From Myxococcota bacterium (GTDB lineage: Bacteria; Myxococcota_A; UBA796; GCA-2862545): a stretch of 11,952 nt of DNA. The stretch's first letter is position 1. Every line of letters begins with the position of its first letter. The translations under genes and the position numbers were made by a program. Shown in pieces: positions 1 through 8,734 of the stretch. The notes under the pieces were generated by a model that had not been told where the DNA came from, made no database searches, and worked only from the letters and a program-made list of their open reading frames with translations. The stretch lies in NCBI GenBank assembly GCA_039208735.1, contig JBCCQY010000222.1:1-11952 (forward strand), read 5' to 3'.

Positions 1-792
1 GCTAACCGTACAAATTTCATGAGTTCTATCGTTACCCCGGCTTGGCACTACACCCGCAACGTGGCCACGCAAATGTGCATCGCCAGGCCTTGAGGGAGTT
101 CCCAGGGAGGGGCAGAACACAACATTTGCGGCCTGTATGCCGAGATCAACCGGGTCGTCCCGCACTCGGGCGCCTGGGTCACCATCGAGACGCCCCAGGT
201 CACAAACTCCACCAATCCACCGTTGTGCCTCGAGATTCCCGGCTGGCATACCGGCAATGGCGTGCTTGCCCAATGGTACCCTTGTAACTACGGCTCGAAT
301 CAGCTTTGGCAACCCGTTCACCAGGGCGGCGGCATCTATGTTTACGTCAACCAGTACTCGGGCAAGTGCTTGGATGTCGCCAGTTCAACGACCCAGGTGG
401 GGTTCTACGTCCAGCAGTACACCTGTCACTACGGCAGTAACCAGCGCTGGGAAGCCATCAATACGCCAGATACGCGAGCCGAGCTCCAGCGCGGAGGCAA
501 TCCGGTCGCCGGCGCAACCATGTTCGCCGACTGCGGCGTGGGCGACGGAGTGACCCTCGATGGCTCGATGTCGTTTCGAACCATCAAGACGATCGGCTGC
601 CACCCCGGCTCAGTGTTGGACATCACCTGCTCCTTCCACAATCCGCAGGACGAAGCGAGGGTGAAGGAAAGGGACCCCTACACGAATCGACTGACGCGTA
701 TCCCAACGACCTGCACGGGCACGAGCTGCGAAGCTTCGGTGAACTTCGTGGACGGGATGGAGCTGCTCTGCGACTTTGATGAGGATGACTGA
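1..792 (+). pseudogene. Ricin-B (beta-trefoil, QxW) lectin-domain protein with a Cys-rich C-terminal domain; interrupted by in-frame TGA at 91-93; 5' end uncertain (ATG at 19 or upstream of the window)
   Basis: Frame +1 reads ...WHYTRNVATQMCIARP*GSSQGGAEHNIC... / ...PLCLEIPGWHTGNGVLAQWYPCNYGSNQLW / ...IYVYVNQYSGKCLDVASSTTQVGFYVQQYTCHYGSNQRW. These are three ricin-type lobes, each with a Cys pair, and the last two have NQxW. The ORF track shows only 223-792. Stop TGA at 790-792. The lectin call is firm; pseudogene versus sequence error is not resolved. Confidence 0.7.
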
Positions 793-803
793 TTCGCGTC
801 GAA

Positions 804-1802
804 TTAGTTCCTCGCGGGTCGATACTCCGCACGGACGATCACCCCTTCGGGAGGTAGATAGTCCACGAAGGTGATCTTGTTTTCGTGCAGCGTGTAGGTC
901 CAGTGAATGCCCTCCGCCTCGGGATCAAGCACCACACCATCTTGCTCCACCTCGACTTGTAGCGTGCCATCACGAGGCTTTTGCGTCAGGTAGAATTCCG
1001 TGCGCAGGCCCGAGGCAAGCAGGCCAAGTTTACCGAGGACACTCCCCCACTCCTCGGCACAAATCGAGAGTTTCAGCCCGCCCACAATATCTGTGATCGC
1101 AAGGTATTCGCTTCCATGTTCAGCGATGCATTCGAAGGAGCCAGGCGCCGGCTCGTCCAGAAGTCCGACGACCGACGAAAAGGTGGTACGAAACGGATCC
1201 AGCTTAAGGTCGACGAGGTATTCACTAAACTCTCCTCGCGTCATGAGCTGGTTGCCCGAGACGTCATTTTCGTCGGTGACCACCACGATGTGCAACTCTG
1301 CTGGCTGCCTCAAAAAACCTTGGTTGTAGGTCTCGGACAAGGTGTCGAGCGCAGCGAACGTGGCGGACCGGCCCTTCTCGGTAAACGAACCTCCCGTGCC
1401 CAGGTTCACCATCGATCGAAAGTGGTCGAGGGGTGCCTCGGTCTCCTCATCGATCCATCGATACGGGCCGCTATCGCGGAGACGCCCCGAATGACTCGGA
1501 TCGTCCATGTCCATCGAGACGACTCCGATATGAAAGTCATTGCCCGAGGCCAACATCCGCTCGAAAAACACATCGAAGCTATCCCCAAGCGCGCGCTGTT
1601 CGTGCGCCATGGAGCAAGAGTGGTCAACGACGAAGAGCACATCGCTTGCGAAGACCGTGACTTGTTCCCATTCGTCCACCCAGGTGTAACGGAACTCCAC
1701 GGATTCATGGTCACCTTCGGAGGGCTCCCCGACGACGGAGATCTCGGTCCCACAACCGACCACCAAAGCGAGCACGACAAGTCGAACCACAAGCCCCCCC
1801 AA
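804..1802 (-). CDS. von Willebrand factor A (MIDAS) domain lipoprotein, myxobacterial CglB-like family
   Basis: 332 aa. Hydrophobic signal ends in the lipobox LVVGC (Cys17). MIDAS DxSxS in DVLFVVDHSCSM (DHSCS at 1611-1625), FHIGVVSMDM strand, distal Asp motif LHIVVVTDEND, and a C-terminal beta domain (FYLTQKP...WTY...NKITF...PPEG...Y). AGGAG lies just upstream of TTG 1802; GTG 1790 is an alternative start. Confidence 0.85.
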   Translation of the reverse strand: MGGLVVRLVVLALVVGCGTEISVVGEPSEGDHESVEFRYTWVDEWEQVTVFASDVLFVVDHSCSMAHEQRALGDSFDVFFERMLASGNDFHIGVVSMDMDDPSHSGRLRDSGPYRWIDEETEAPLDHFRSMVNLGTGGSFTEKGRSATFAALDTLSETYNQGFLRQPAELHIVVVTDENDVSGNQLMTRGEFSEYLVDLKLDPFRTTFSSVVGLLDEPAPGSFECIAEHGSEYLAITDIVGGLKLSICAEEWGSVLGKLGLLASGLRTEFYLTQKPRDGTLQVEVEQDGVVLDPEAEGIHWTYTLHENKITFVDYLPPEGVIVRAEYRPARN

Positions 1803-1813
1803 GGGCTCCTAGC

Positions 1814-4792
1814 TTAGCCGCCTTCCTTCCCGCCTGCTTGACGAACCGGCAGTAGGCCCTGCCGATCTTGGACCCGACGTAGATCCGCGGCAAGGTGAAC
1901 CTCCCCAAGACGTTCGATCAGCGCTTGGGCTTTCGAAAGCCAATTCTCGACATCTTCGCGATGTAGGATGTCGAACTCGAATGCGTTCCGGGCCAACGCC
2001 ACCAAGCAGCGGGCATGCTGGAGAGGTTGTTCCAATTCGGCATTTGCCCTCGCCGCTTCGATCAAGGTCGCTCGCGCTAAGCGAGGGCGTTGCGCCTCCA
2101 TCTGACAACGCCCAAGCTCTTCAAGGGCCCACACATAGGCCAAGCGATGAGAGGACTGGAATTCAGAGAGGAGCTGGGTCAAGGCCTCGGCTGCCTCACC
2201 GGGACGTCCCGACGCACACCCAACCTTCGCCTCCATAATCCCGTGTTCGATGAGCACGCGAGAGCTGGAAAGGCTCGCGAGGATGGCCTGCGCCTCCTCG
2301 ATCTTCCCTTCATCCAAGGCCACATGGATCGCGGTCAATTGTCCATACGAAACGACTTCGTCGCTCGGACGTACGGACATGAGGCTCAAGGCCTCACGAA
2401 GCCGTTGCCGAGCCAAAGAAAAGTGGCCTCGTATGCGATGAAGATCAGCCTGCATGCACAGCACTTGGGCCAACAAGCGCTGGTTTCCGCTTCGTCGGGC
2501 GAGGGGAGCCGCGGCAATGAGGGCAGCTTGCGCTTCGTCGAGGCGCCCCAGCGCCATGCTGACCTGGGCGACATTACCAAGATCGGTACACCACGAATGC
2601 AGGCTTCCATAGCGCTGATCGAGTTCGATGCAGCCTTGGAAGGCCGCAAGACTCTCCACGTGCCGTCCCGACTCATGGGCCACACACCCCAACGTGCGCA
2701 GGGCTCCCGCCCATTCAAGCAAGTCCTCGTCGGCTTGGTGTCGGGCCACGGCGGCGGATAGGTTCTCGTGTGCACGGTCTGGCTGGCCCAGGCGACGGTA
2801 CAGGCGACCAAGCATGCCGTGGACTCGGCCCAACAAAAACGAATCCCCATGCCGCTGGGCGAGCGCTAAGGTGTGCTCCCCTTGGGGCTGGGCGTCGGCC
2901 CACCGTCCAGAATGCAGCAGGATGAGTTCGAGCACGCGGATCCGCGCTCGCACCTCGATCCCCAACCGGCCGTCGACCGAAGCAAGTTCGGCCGACGCTT
3001 CAAAGGAACGACGCGCGTCCTCAGTCAGCGCTCGCCCCCGTTCGACGTCGCCGAGGTCGCGGGCATTCCAGCCCAGCCCCCACAACGCGTTCCCTCGAAG
3101 GTAGGCAGCACTCGCGGCATCCATGTCGGCGTTCGACGTCCCAACGACGCTCATCGCAAGCTCGTAGTCTGCGCACGACTGCACCATGTCGCCCCGCCGT
3201 CGGTGCATCATGGCGAGCTTCGAAAGGATGTCACTTTCGCACGGGTGGCCATGAATCAACGGCCTCAGTTGTTCGAGAAGTGCGGTGGCCTCGCTCAACG
3301 GGCCATGGTGGGCTAGGTGGTGCCACACAAGACCACAGGCCGCCAACGCGGTCTCGACATCCCTCCGCTGCATGGCCCGGGTGAAGGCCGCCCGTGCATT
3401 GTCCACTTCCGGCAACAGAGAGCGAAAGGGGCGCGTCGGGGTTTGAAAGGCGGGCTGAAGCTCCACAAACCGTCGGACCCAGCGACTATGAGCATTGAAC
3501 GCAGCTTCGAACTCGTCGACAGAACCCCGCTCTTCGATCACGGCTCGAGCGGTCTGTGGAAGCCACAGCCGTCCGGCGCGAGGCACGATCAGGTGGGCAT
3601 CCAAGAGTTCTTCGAGGACCTCAAGCGTGTTGGGGATGTGGAGTTCATCGAGGAGCTGACGTGCCGCCTCCGTGGTGGCTCCCCCTCGAAACACGGAGAA
3701 CACCTCGATCCCACGGGCAGCATCCGAGGAGAGAAGCCGTAGCGACGCGTCCAGGCACGCCCGCAGGCTCCGATGACGTTCTGGCCGGTCCTGGTCCTTG
3801 GAGGCCAACGCATCGAGCAGCTGCTGCAAGATCTCCTCGACCGACAACAAACCCACGCGAGCTGCCGCAAGCTCGATCGCAAGGGGTAGACCGTCCAAGC
3901 GGGTGACGAGTTGGGCGAGGGCGGCATCCGAATCCGGAACCGGCCGTCGCGCCCGTGCACGAAACAAGGCGATGCCATCGACCGCCGAGAGAGGGGCAAG
4001 CGTAAGCACGTCCGCGTCCCGAAGGGGCAGGTGCACCCGACTCGTGGCCACGAAGGTGTGCTGAGGGGCTGCGGTCCACCAACGGTGAAGCGCATGGGCA
4101 CACGCTTCAATCGCCTGCTCGACGTTGTCGAATACGACGATGGATGGGGAACGCTCCGCCAGCGTGCCTCCCACCGGGTCCTCTGCTCCTGCAGCCCCCG
4201 CTACCGCGTCGAGGGCGCTCGCCGTGGTGGCGATGAGACGCGCTGGCGTGTCCACGGAACTGCAGTCCACAAAAATCCAGTCGGCGGTCCGCGCCTCCAA
4301 GACCTCAAGCACGAGCCTCGTCTTTCCCATGCCTCCAGGACCCAGAACCGCCACGATTCCCGGGCCCTGGTCAAGCCGGCGATGCAGGGCTGAACACTCC
4401 GCATCGCGGCCCATGAATGGCGTTTGTGGAGCGGTAAAGCGAAGGGAAGCGCTTGGGTTCTGCGCCTTGGCGGGCCGCTGAAATACGTAGCCAACGCCAT
4501 GAACGGTGATGACGTGATCCGGCCGTCCTGGGTCTTCCTCTACTTTTGCGCGTAGCGAGTGGATCGCCTTGTCCACGGCGCGGGACCGACTGCTGTTTCG
4601 ATACCCGAACGCCTCGAAGAGGCGCTCCCTTGAAACAGGATGTCCCGGACTCGCCACCAGCAAGTTGAGCGTGAGCGTCTCTCGCGTGGTGAGGCGCCCG
4701 TTCCGACCGTTCGAAAGTTGGCCGTTGCCCAGGTCCACCTCACAGGCAAGGAGCCGCAAGCGTCGTGGGTTGGCGTCCCCCCATTCCGTCAA
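1814..4792 (-). CDS. Winged-helix (OmpR/PhoB-type) DNA-binding domain + STAND/NB-ARC-like ATPase + TPR repeats; putative transcriptional regulator
   Basis: N-terminal Trans_reg_C-like segment (LTTRE...PVSRERL...AVDKAIHSLRAKVEEDPGRPDHVITVHGVGYVF). Then FMGRDAE, Walker A GPGGMGKT (4319-4342), Walker B IVVFDNVE, sensor ATSR, GLPLAIELAAAR, and a long helical TPR-like C-terminal half. Start moved from 4951 to TTG 4792 (992 aa), which follows GAGGGG and avoids overlap with the upstream gene. Confidence 0.88.
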   Translation of the reverse strand: MTEWGDANPRRLRLLACEVDLGNGQLSNGRNGRLTTRETLTLNLLVASPGHPVSRERLFEAFGYRNSSRSRAVDKAIHSLRAKVEEDPGRPDHVITVHGVGYVFQRPAKAQNPSASLRFTAPQTPFMGRDAECSALHRRLDQGPGIVAVLGPGGMGKTRLVLEVLEARTADWIFVDCSSVDTPARLIATTASALDAVAGAAGAEDPVGGTLAERSPSIVVFDNVEQAIEACAHALHRWWTAAPQHTFVATSRVHLPLRDADVLTLAPLSAVDGIALFRARARRPVPDSDAALAQLVTRLDGLPLAIELAAARVGLLSVEEILQQLLDALASKDQDRPERHRSLRACLDASLRLLSSDAARGIEVFSVFRGGATTEAARQLLDELHIPNTLEVLEELLDAHLIVPRAGRLWLPQTARAVIEERGSVDEFEAAFNAHSRWVRRFVELQPAFQTPTRPFRSLLPEVDNARAAFTRAMQRRDVETALAACGLVWHHLAHHGPLSEATALLEQLRPLIHGHPCESDILSKLAMMHRRRGDMVQSCADYELAMSVVGTSNADMDAASAAYLRGNALWGLGWNARDLGDVERGRALTEDARRSFEASAELASVDGRLGIEVRARIRVLELILLHSGRWADAQPQGEHTLALAQRHGDSFLLGRVHGMLGRLYRRLGQPDRAHENLSAAVARHQADEDLLEWAGALRTLGCVAHESGRHVESLAAFQGCIELDQRYGSLHSWCTDLGNVAQVSMALGRLDEAQAALIAAAPLARRSGNQRLLAQVLCMQADLHRIRGHFSLARQRLREALSLMSVRPSDEVVSYGQLTAIHVALDEGKIEEAQAILASLSSSRVLIEHGIMEAKVGCASGRPGEAAEALTQLLSEFQSSHRLAYVWALEELGRCQMEAQRPRLARATLIEAARANAELEQPLQHARCLVALARNAFEFDILHREDVENWLSKAQALIERLGEVHLAADLRRVQDRQGLLPVRQAGGKEGG

Positions 4793-4808
4793 GGCAGGCC
4801 CCTCGGGG

Positions 4809-5111
4809 TCACGGGGCGGACGAGGCCGTGTTTGGCGCTTCGTCCTCGGGCTTCGCTTCTTTGCCAAAGAGGGTTCGCGGAATCTCGATTCCGAAGTGGC
4901 CCAGGGCCGCCAAGAGGATGACCGTTGCGGCAGCCTCGTCGAGATTTCCAATGATCGGTGTGTTGTCGGGAATCAGCTCGAAGACCCCGAGCGTCGGATT
5001 GAGCAGGTACACGATCGCGAGTCCCCCCAGGATCACCGCGAAGACATCCTGCGCGGTAACGGAAGGAGATGACTTTTTCGGCGTGGTTGGGGGCTCGGTC
5101 TCTTCAGACAT
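4809..5111 (-). CDS. DUF1232/YkvA-family small membrane protein
   Basis: 100 aa from ATG 5111 (GGAG 5 nt upstream). The family-type motif YLLNP...ELIPDNTPIIGNLDE lies between two hydrophobic segments. Confidence 0.82.
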   Translation of the reverse strand: MSEETEPPTTPKKSSPSVTAQDVFAVILGGLAIVYLLNPTLGVFELIPDNTPIIGNLDEAAATVILLAALGHFGIEIPRTLFGKEAKPEDEAPNTASSAP

Positions 5112-5293
5112 GGTCACTCCGGTCTCCATGAGCAATGGCAAGCTGGAATGAGTACCACACAATTTCGTATCTTATTTCATCCACGCGGGAGACCCAAGCC
5201 ACGATCCTGTCGTTCGGCAACTTTCCCCTACCCAAAACGGGAGGCGAAGCGACGAAAGCTGACCGCGTGAGCCTGCAGGCGCGTAGCGCCGAA

Positions 5294-5317
5294 GGCCCGC
5301 GGTGATCACCGCGGGCC
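5294..5317. repeat. Perfect 24-bp palindrome (hairpin); possible terminator/mRNA-stabilising or REP-like element
   Basis: GGCCCGCGGTGATCACCGCGGGCC equals its own reverse complement. It lies 38 nt past the cytochrome stop codon and has no U-tract. Confidence 0.75.
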
Positions 5318-5355
5318 GTCGCCCGGCCTCGTCAATAGCGGATGAGCAGAGCATG

Positions 5356-6513
5356 CTATCGGGGTAAGTAGGGACAGGGTCCCCCCGCCGCCCCCCACGT
5401 TTCAAACCGCTCGACCAGCTCAGGATGCGAAATGGGTGGAGTGGTTCGACCCGAATGCCAGCTCGTGATGAGCAAGTGGTCCTTCTCGATGTGATGGGCG
5501 AGCCCCCCGAGGCCTCGGCCGCCGTTCACCGCAGGGTCCTTCAACTGGGCACACAACTCCGCGGGAGACCGGCCCTGGAAGGCCATCGCGCGGGGGGGCA
5601 TGCTCCAGATGGCGTCCGCAGGTGGCAACGGGGCGAGCCCGTCCCCCACCGCGGATGGCGCGTGGCAAGTACTGCAATGCACCCCCTCGAGCGGGCTGAA
5701 CCGCGTGATGCCGTAAATGTGCAGGTGGCTATCGTCGCCCTGCAACGGAGCTTCGCCGTCTGGATGGCAGTTCATGCAGCGCGGATGCATCGCCACCGCA
5801 TAGATGTCGGCAAACGCGGCTAACCCTTCCTCGCGCGACAAAGTCACCGGCGGATTGTCGAGCGGGGGAGGTTCGGGTCGCAGCGAGGTGATGTGGGTCA
5901 CCAAACGCTCGATGCGTGCGTCGGTGAGACCTTGCGCCTGCGCGGCCATGGCTTGACCCATCGGCGCTCCCATAGGCCCCCCACGAACCCCATCGCGGTA
6001 GTGGCGCAGCTGTCGTGTCAGGTACTCTGGCGATTGCTGAGCAAGGGCCGGAGCCTGTAGTTCGGCGTTGCCCGTCGCGTCCGTGCCGTGGCATGTGGCG
6101 CAGGTGCCATAGGCCCCCGCTCCCCCCGACAGCCGGGGCCCGGGAGGCTCATGCGCAGGGTCTAGACCTTCGACGAATCGGGCCAACGGTTCGATCACTG
6201 CTTCGGGAAGCCCCATTGCGACCGCCGCCATGGCCTGACCGCTTTCGTCACCTGTGTCGTATCCACGCGTTCCCGCACGAAAGGACCGCAACTGCATCGC
6301 GACATAGCTCGCATCGAGCTGACCGATGCGCGGGGCTCCCAACTCGGGCCGGCCTTCACCGTGAGCGCCATGGCACTGTACGCAAACGCCGTACTGAATC
6401 TCGACCGGACTCGCCTGATAGGCCTCATAGGTCTCGGTGTCGACCTCGGCCTCGGACACCACCGTGGCGGGCTCCGAGCCGCAACCGGCCAGGAGCAAGA
6501 ACAACTGGTGCAT
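5356..6513 (-). CDS. Four-heme c-type cytochrome lipoprotein: two class I (c4/c553-like) domains fused to the diheme domain usually encoded beside iorAB-type genes
   Basis: 385 aa. Lipobox LAGC (Cys11). CxxCH motifs: CVQCH 6370-6384, CATCH 6088-6102, CMNCH 5764-5778, CSTCH 5662-5676. The first two domains have the c4 pattern P-x-I/L-x-Q...Y...QL..F/Y-R-x-G-x-R...GQAMAA (axial Met). The C-terminal part has HPRCMNCH...PLQGDD...W...LC.QLKDP..NGGR...PP.SH...W...G..CP. Confidence 0.88.
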   Translation of the reverse strand: MHQLFLLLAGCGSEPATVVSEAEVDTETYEAYQASPVEIQYGVCVQCHGAHGEGRPELGAPRIGQLDASYVAMQLRSFRAGTRGYDTGDESGQAMAAVAMGLPEAVIEPLARFVEGLDPAHEPPGPRLSGGAGAYGTCATCHGTDATGNAELQAPALAQQSPEYLTRQLRHYRDGVRGGPMGAPMGQAMAAQAQGLTDARIERLVTHITSLRPEPPPLDNPPVTLSREEGLAAFADIYAVAMHPRCMNCHPDGEAPLQGDDSHLHIYGITRFSPLEGVHCSTCHAPSAVGDGLAPLPPADAIWSMPPRAMAFQGRSPAELCAQLKDPAVNGGRGLGGLAHHIEKDHLLITSWHSGRTTPPISHPELVERFETWGAAGGPCPYLPR

Positions 6514-6523
6514 ATTGGCCCTC

Positions 6524-8734
6524 TCAGCTCACGATGGGAAGATTGCGGGGACGGTCCATGATCTGCGCCAATGCGTTCGCAATCGCAGGAGCCACCGTGG
6601 GCGTGCTGACTTCGCCCACCCCACCGACCGGGGCGTCAGGCGAATCCAAAATGTCGACCACGATACGGGGCGCATCGTGGAAGGTCACCACGCGGTAATT
6701 GTGGAAGTTACTCTGAGCGATACCGCCTTCGGCATCGAACGAGATTCGCCCGTACAAGGCGGCGGAGAGCCCGTAGTGGACTCCACCCTGCATCTGCGCT
6801 TCGACACTTCCGGTATTCACGGCCGTGCCACAATCGATGACGCTCCACACTTGGTGAACCTGCGGAACGCCATCCACAAGTTCAACGTCGATAATCTGGG
6901 CACTGAAGCTACCGAAAGCACCGCCCATCGCCAAGCCATAGGCTCGTGAGCCCGAGGTGGGTCGGTTCGCCCAGTCTGCAAGCTCCGCCGCGCGGTCGAG
7001 CACACGGATGGCGCGTTTATCCTTCAACATCGAACGACGGTAAGCAAGCGGTTCCACCCCCGCAGCCTTCGCAAGTTCATCCACGAACGATTCAATGAAG
7101 AACGTGCTTTGCGACGCCTCGATGCTCCGCCAGTAGCCATAGGGCAACGCAGGGTCGCCCCCCGCCGTCTCGACGTTGACATTGGGGATGTCGTACAAGA
7201 CCGGTAGGGCGTCTTCGGGCAGGGGCACTGGCGCGTACACCCGCGCGTGCCATGCCGTGGGCTTACCGTCTTCGCCAAGCTGCGCCTGCATCAAGGCGAC
7301 ATCTGACGGGCGATAGGTCGACATCCGCAGCTCCGCCTCGCGAGACCACGTCATTTTGATCGCTCCACCCACCTGACGCTGGACCGCACAGGCGACCGTC
7401 ACCCAGTTCAGCGACTCGTAAATCAGCCCGTTTCGGCGTCCAAACCCGCCGCCCATGGTGTGGGCGTGAAGCACCACCCGACTGTCGGGGACCCCCAGCA
7501 CATCGGCCGCAGCCAAACGTGCCCCGAGCGGGCCTTGCACGCCGGTGGCCACGTGCATCTCGTTGCCTTCAGGCCATACCGTACAGTTCAGCGGTTCCAT
7601 CGGCGTGTGAGCGAGAAACGGAACCGTGTACCGGGCCTCGATCACGCCATCGCCTTTCAACGGGACGTCGCCGTCGCCATGGGAGCCAACCGCGGACAGG
7701 CCTCCGGCTTCGATGGCGTCCCACTGAGCTTGGACGACCGTAGCGTCGCTTAGGCTACCTGACGCGGGCACTTCACAGACCACCCGCACCTTCTTGGCGG
7801 CCCAGTCTGCCCGCCACACTTTGTCGGCCACCACGGCGACACAATTGTCGAGGACCACCACCGCTTCCACGCCGGGCATGGCTTCGATCTCCGCCCGATT
7901 GGCGAGCCCCGTCACCCGACCTCCGGCCACGCTGGGGGGTGCGACAGAGGCGTAGCGCATGCCCGGAACCGCCACGTCGATGCCGTACACCGGCTTGCCA
8001 AACACCTTATCGGGTAGGTCGAACCGCGCAAAGTTCGTTCCAATGTACTTGTACTCGGAACGAGGCTTGTAGGTGGGCGTTTGTGGCAAGGGCATCGCCG
8101 CTGCATCCGCGGCGATCTCCCCGTAAGACACGCTCTTGCCGGTGGCCGTATGCACCACCTGGCTGTTTTCCGTCTTCACTTCGCCAACCGCGACCCCCAA
8201 CGCCACTGCACCAGCCTCAGCCAACAACTGCCGCGCGGAAGCCGCGGCTTTGCGGAACCCGAACCAACCGGTGTAGCGAATCGCCAGGCTGCCGCCTGTG
8301 AACTGGATGTTCGCAAGCTGGGCCAGTCGTCCGGCTACGTTGTGAACGAAATCCTGCGACCACGCGGGAGGCTTCGCAAGGTCGAGGACGAGACCCTCCA
8401 CCACATCGCTATTGGTGAAGCCCGTCATCGCGGGGGCGAGTTCGATGGTGGTCGTCGCGGGGTCCGCATCGAGTTCGTCGAGCACAATCTGCAGCAAGCT
8501 CGTTTGAGTACCCTGGCCCATTTCAGTGTGGGGCGAGAGCACGCGGACCCGCCCCTCGGGTTCGATGAGGATCCAGGACGCCACGAGGCTCGCTTGGCCA
8601 TCTCCAAGCGCCCGCCGCTGGGCGTTCCGCTGATCAAAGGTGCTGAGGTACGCTCCGACGCCCACTGCGCCCACGAGCATCCCACCACCCACAATGCCCC
8701 CTGCGATGAGGAGCGTTCGACGGTTGACCTTCAT
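6524..8734 (-). CDS. iorB: Xanthine dehydrogenase-family molybdopterin-binding subunit, isoquinoline 1-oxidoreductase beta-like, with Tat signal
   Basis: 736 aa from ATG 8734 (GGAGG RBS; ATGA overlap with the iorA stop). NRRTLL twin-arginine motif followed by a hydrophobic stretch. Motifs [26 protein letters not shown]...[16 protein letters not shown]....AQMQGG, QSNFHNY and GGVGE (catalytic Glu). The symbol marks the family, not a proven substrate. Confidence 0.93.
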   Translation of the reverse strand: MKVNRRTLLIAGGIVGGGMLVGAVGVGAYLSTFDQRNAQRRALGDGQASLVASWILIEPEGRVRVLSPHTEMGQGTQTSLLQIVLDELDADPATTTIELAPAMTGFTNSDVVEGLVLDLAKPPAWSQDFVHNVAGRLAQLANIQFTGGSLAIRYTGWFGFRKAAASARQLLAEAGAVALGVAVGEVKTENSQVVHTATGKSVSYGEIAADAAAMPLPQTPTYKPRSEYKYIGTNFARFDLPDKVFGKPVYGIDVAVPGMRYASVAPPSVAGGRVTGLANRAEIEAMPGVEAVVVLDNCVAVVADKVWRADWAAKKVRVVCEVPASGSLSDATVVQAQWDAIEAGGLSAVGSHGDGDVPLKGDGVIEARYTVPFLAHTPMEPLNCTVWPEGNEMHVATGVQGPLGARLAAADVLGVPDSRVVLHAHTMGGGFGRRNGLIYESLNWVTVACAVQRQVGGAIKMTWSREAELRMSTYRPSDVALMQAQLGEDGKPTAWHARVYAPVPLPEDALPVLYDIPNVNVETAGGDPALPYGYWRSIEASQSTFFIESFVDELAKAAGVEPLAYRRSMLKDKRAIRVLDRAAELADWANRPTSGSRAYGLAMGGAFGSFSAQIIDVELVDGVPQVHQVWSVIDCGTAVNTGSVEAQMQGGVHYGLSAALYGRISFDAEGGIAQSNFHNYRVVTFHDAPRIVVDILDSPDAPVGGVGEVSTPTVAPAIANALAQIMDRPRNLPIVS

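Noticed and set aside
91..120. Selenocysteine or genome-wide TGA recoding
   Set aside because: The TGA does not align with a Cys, and the adjacent hairpin is too short and too close for a typical bacterial SECIS. Other genes here clearly end in TGA, including the ATGA-coupled iorA/iorB pair.
1814..4792. Avs/NLR anti-phage system
   Set aside because: The N-terminal domain is a DNA-binding wHTH rather than a cell-killing effector, and no defence genes are nearby.
4793..4951. N-terminal extension of the 1045-aa ORF
   Set aside because: Overlaps the DUF1232 gene in another frame and is low-complexity Arg/Pro sequence; a better start exists at 4792.
5200..5345. Integron attC site or classic Rho-independent terminator
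   Set aside because: No paired RYYYAAC/GTTRRRY ends flanking the hairpins, no integrase in the window, and no U-tract after the stem.
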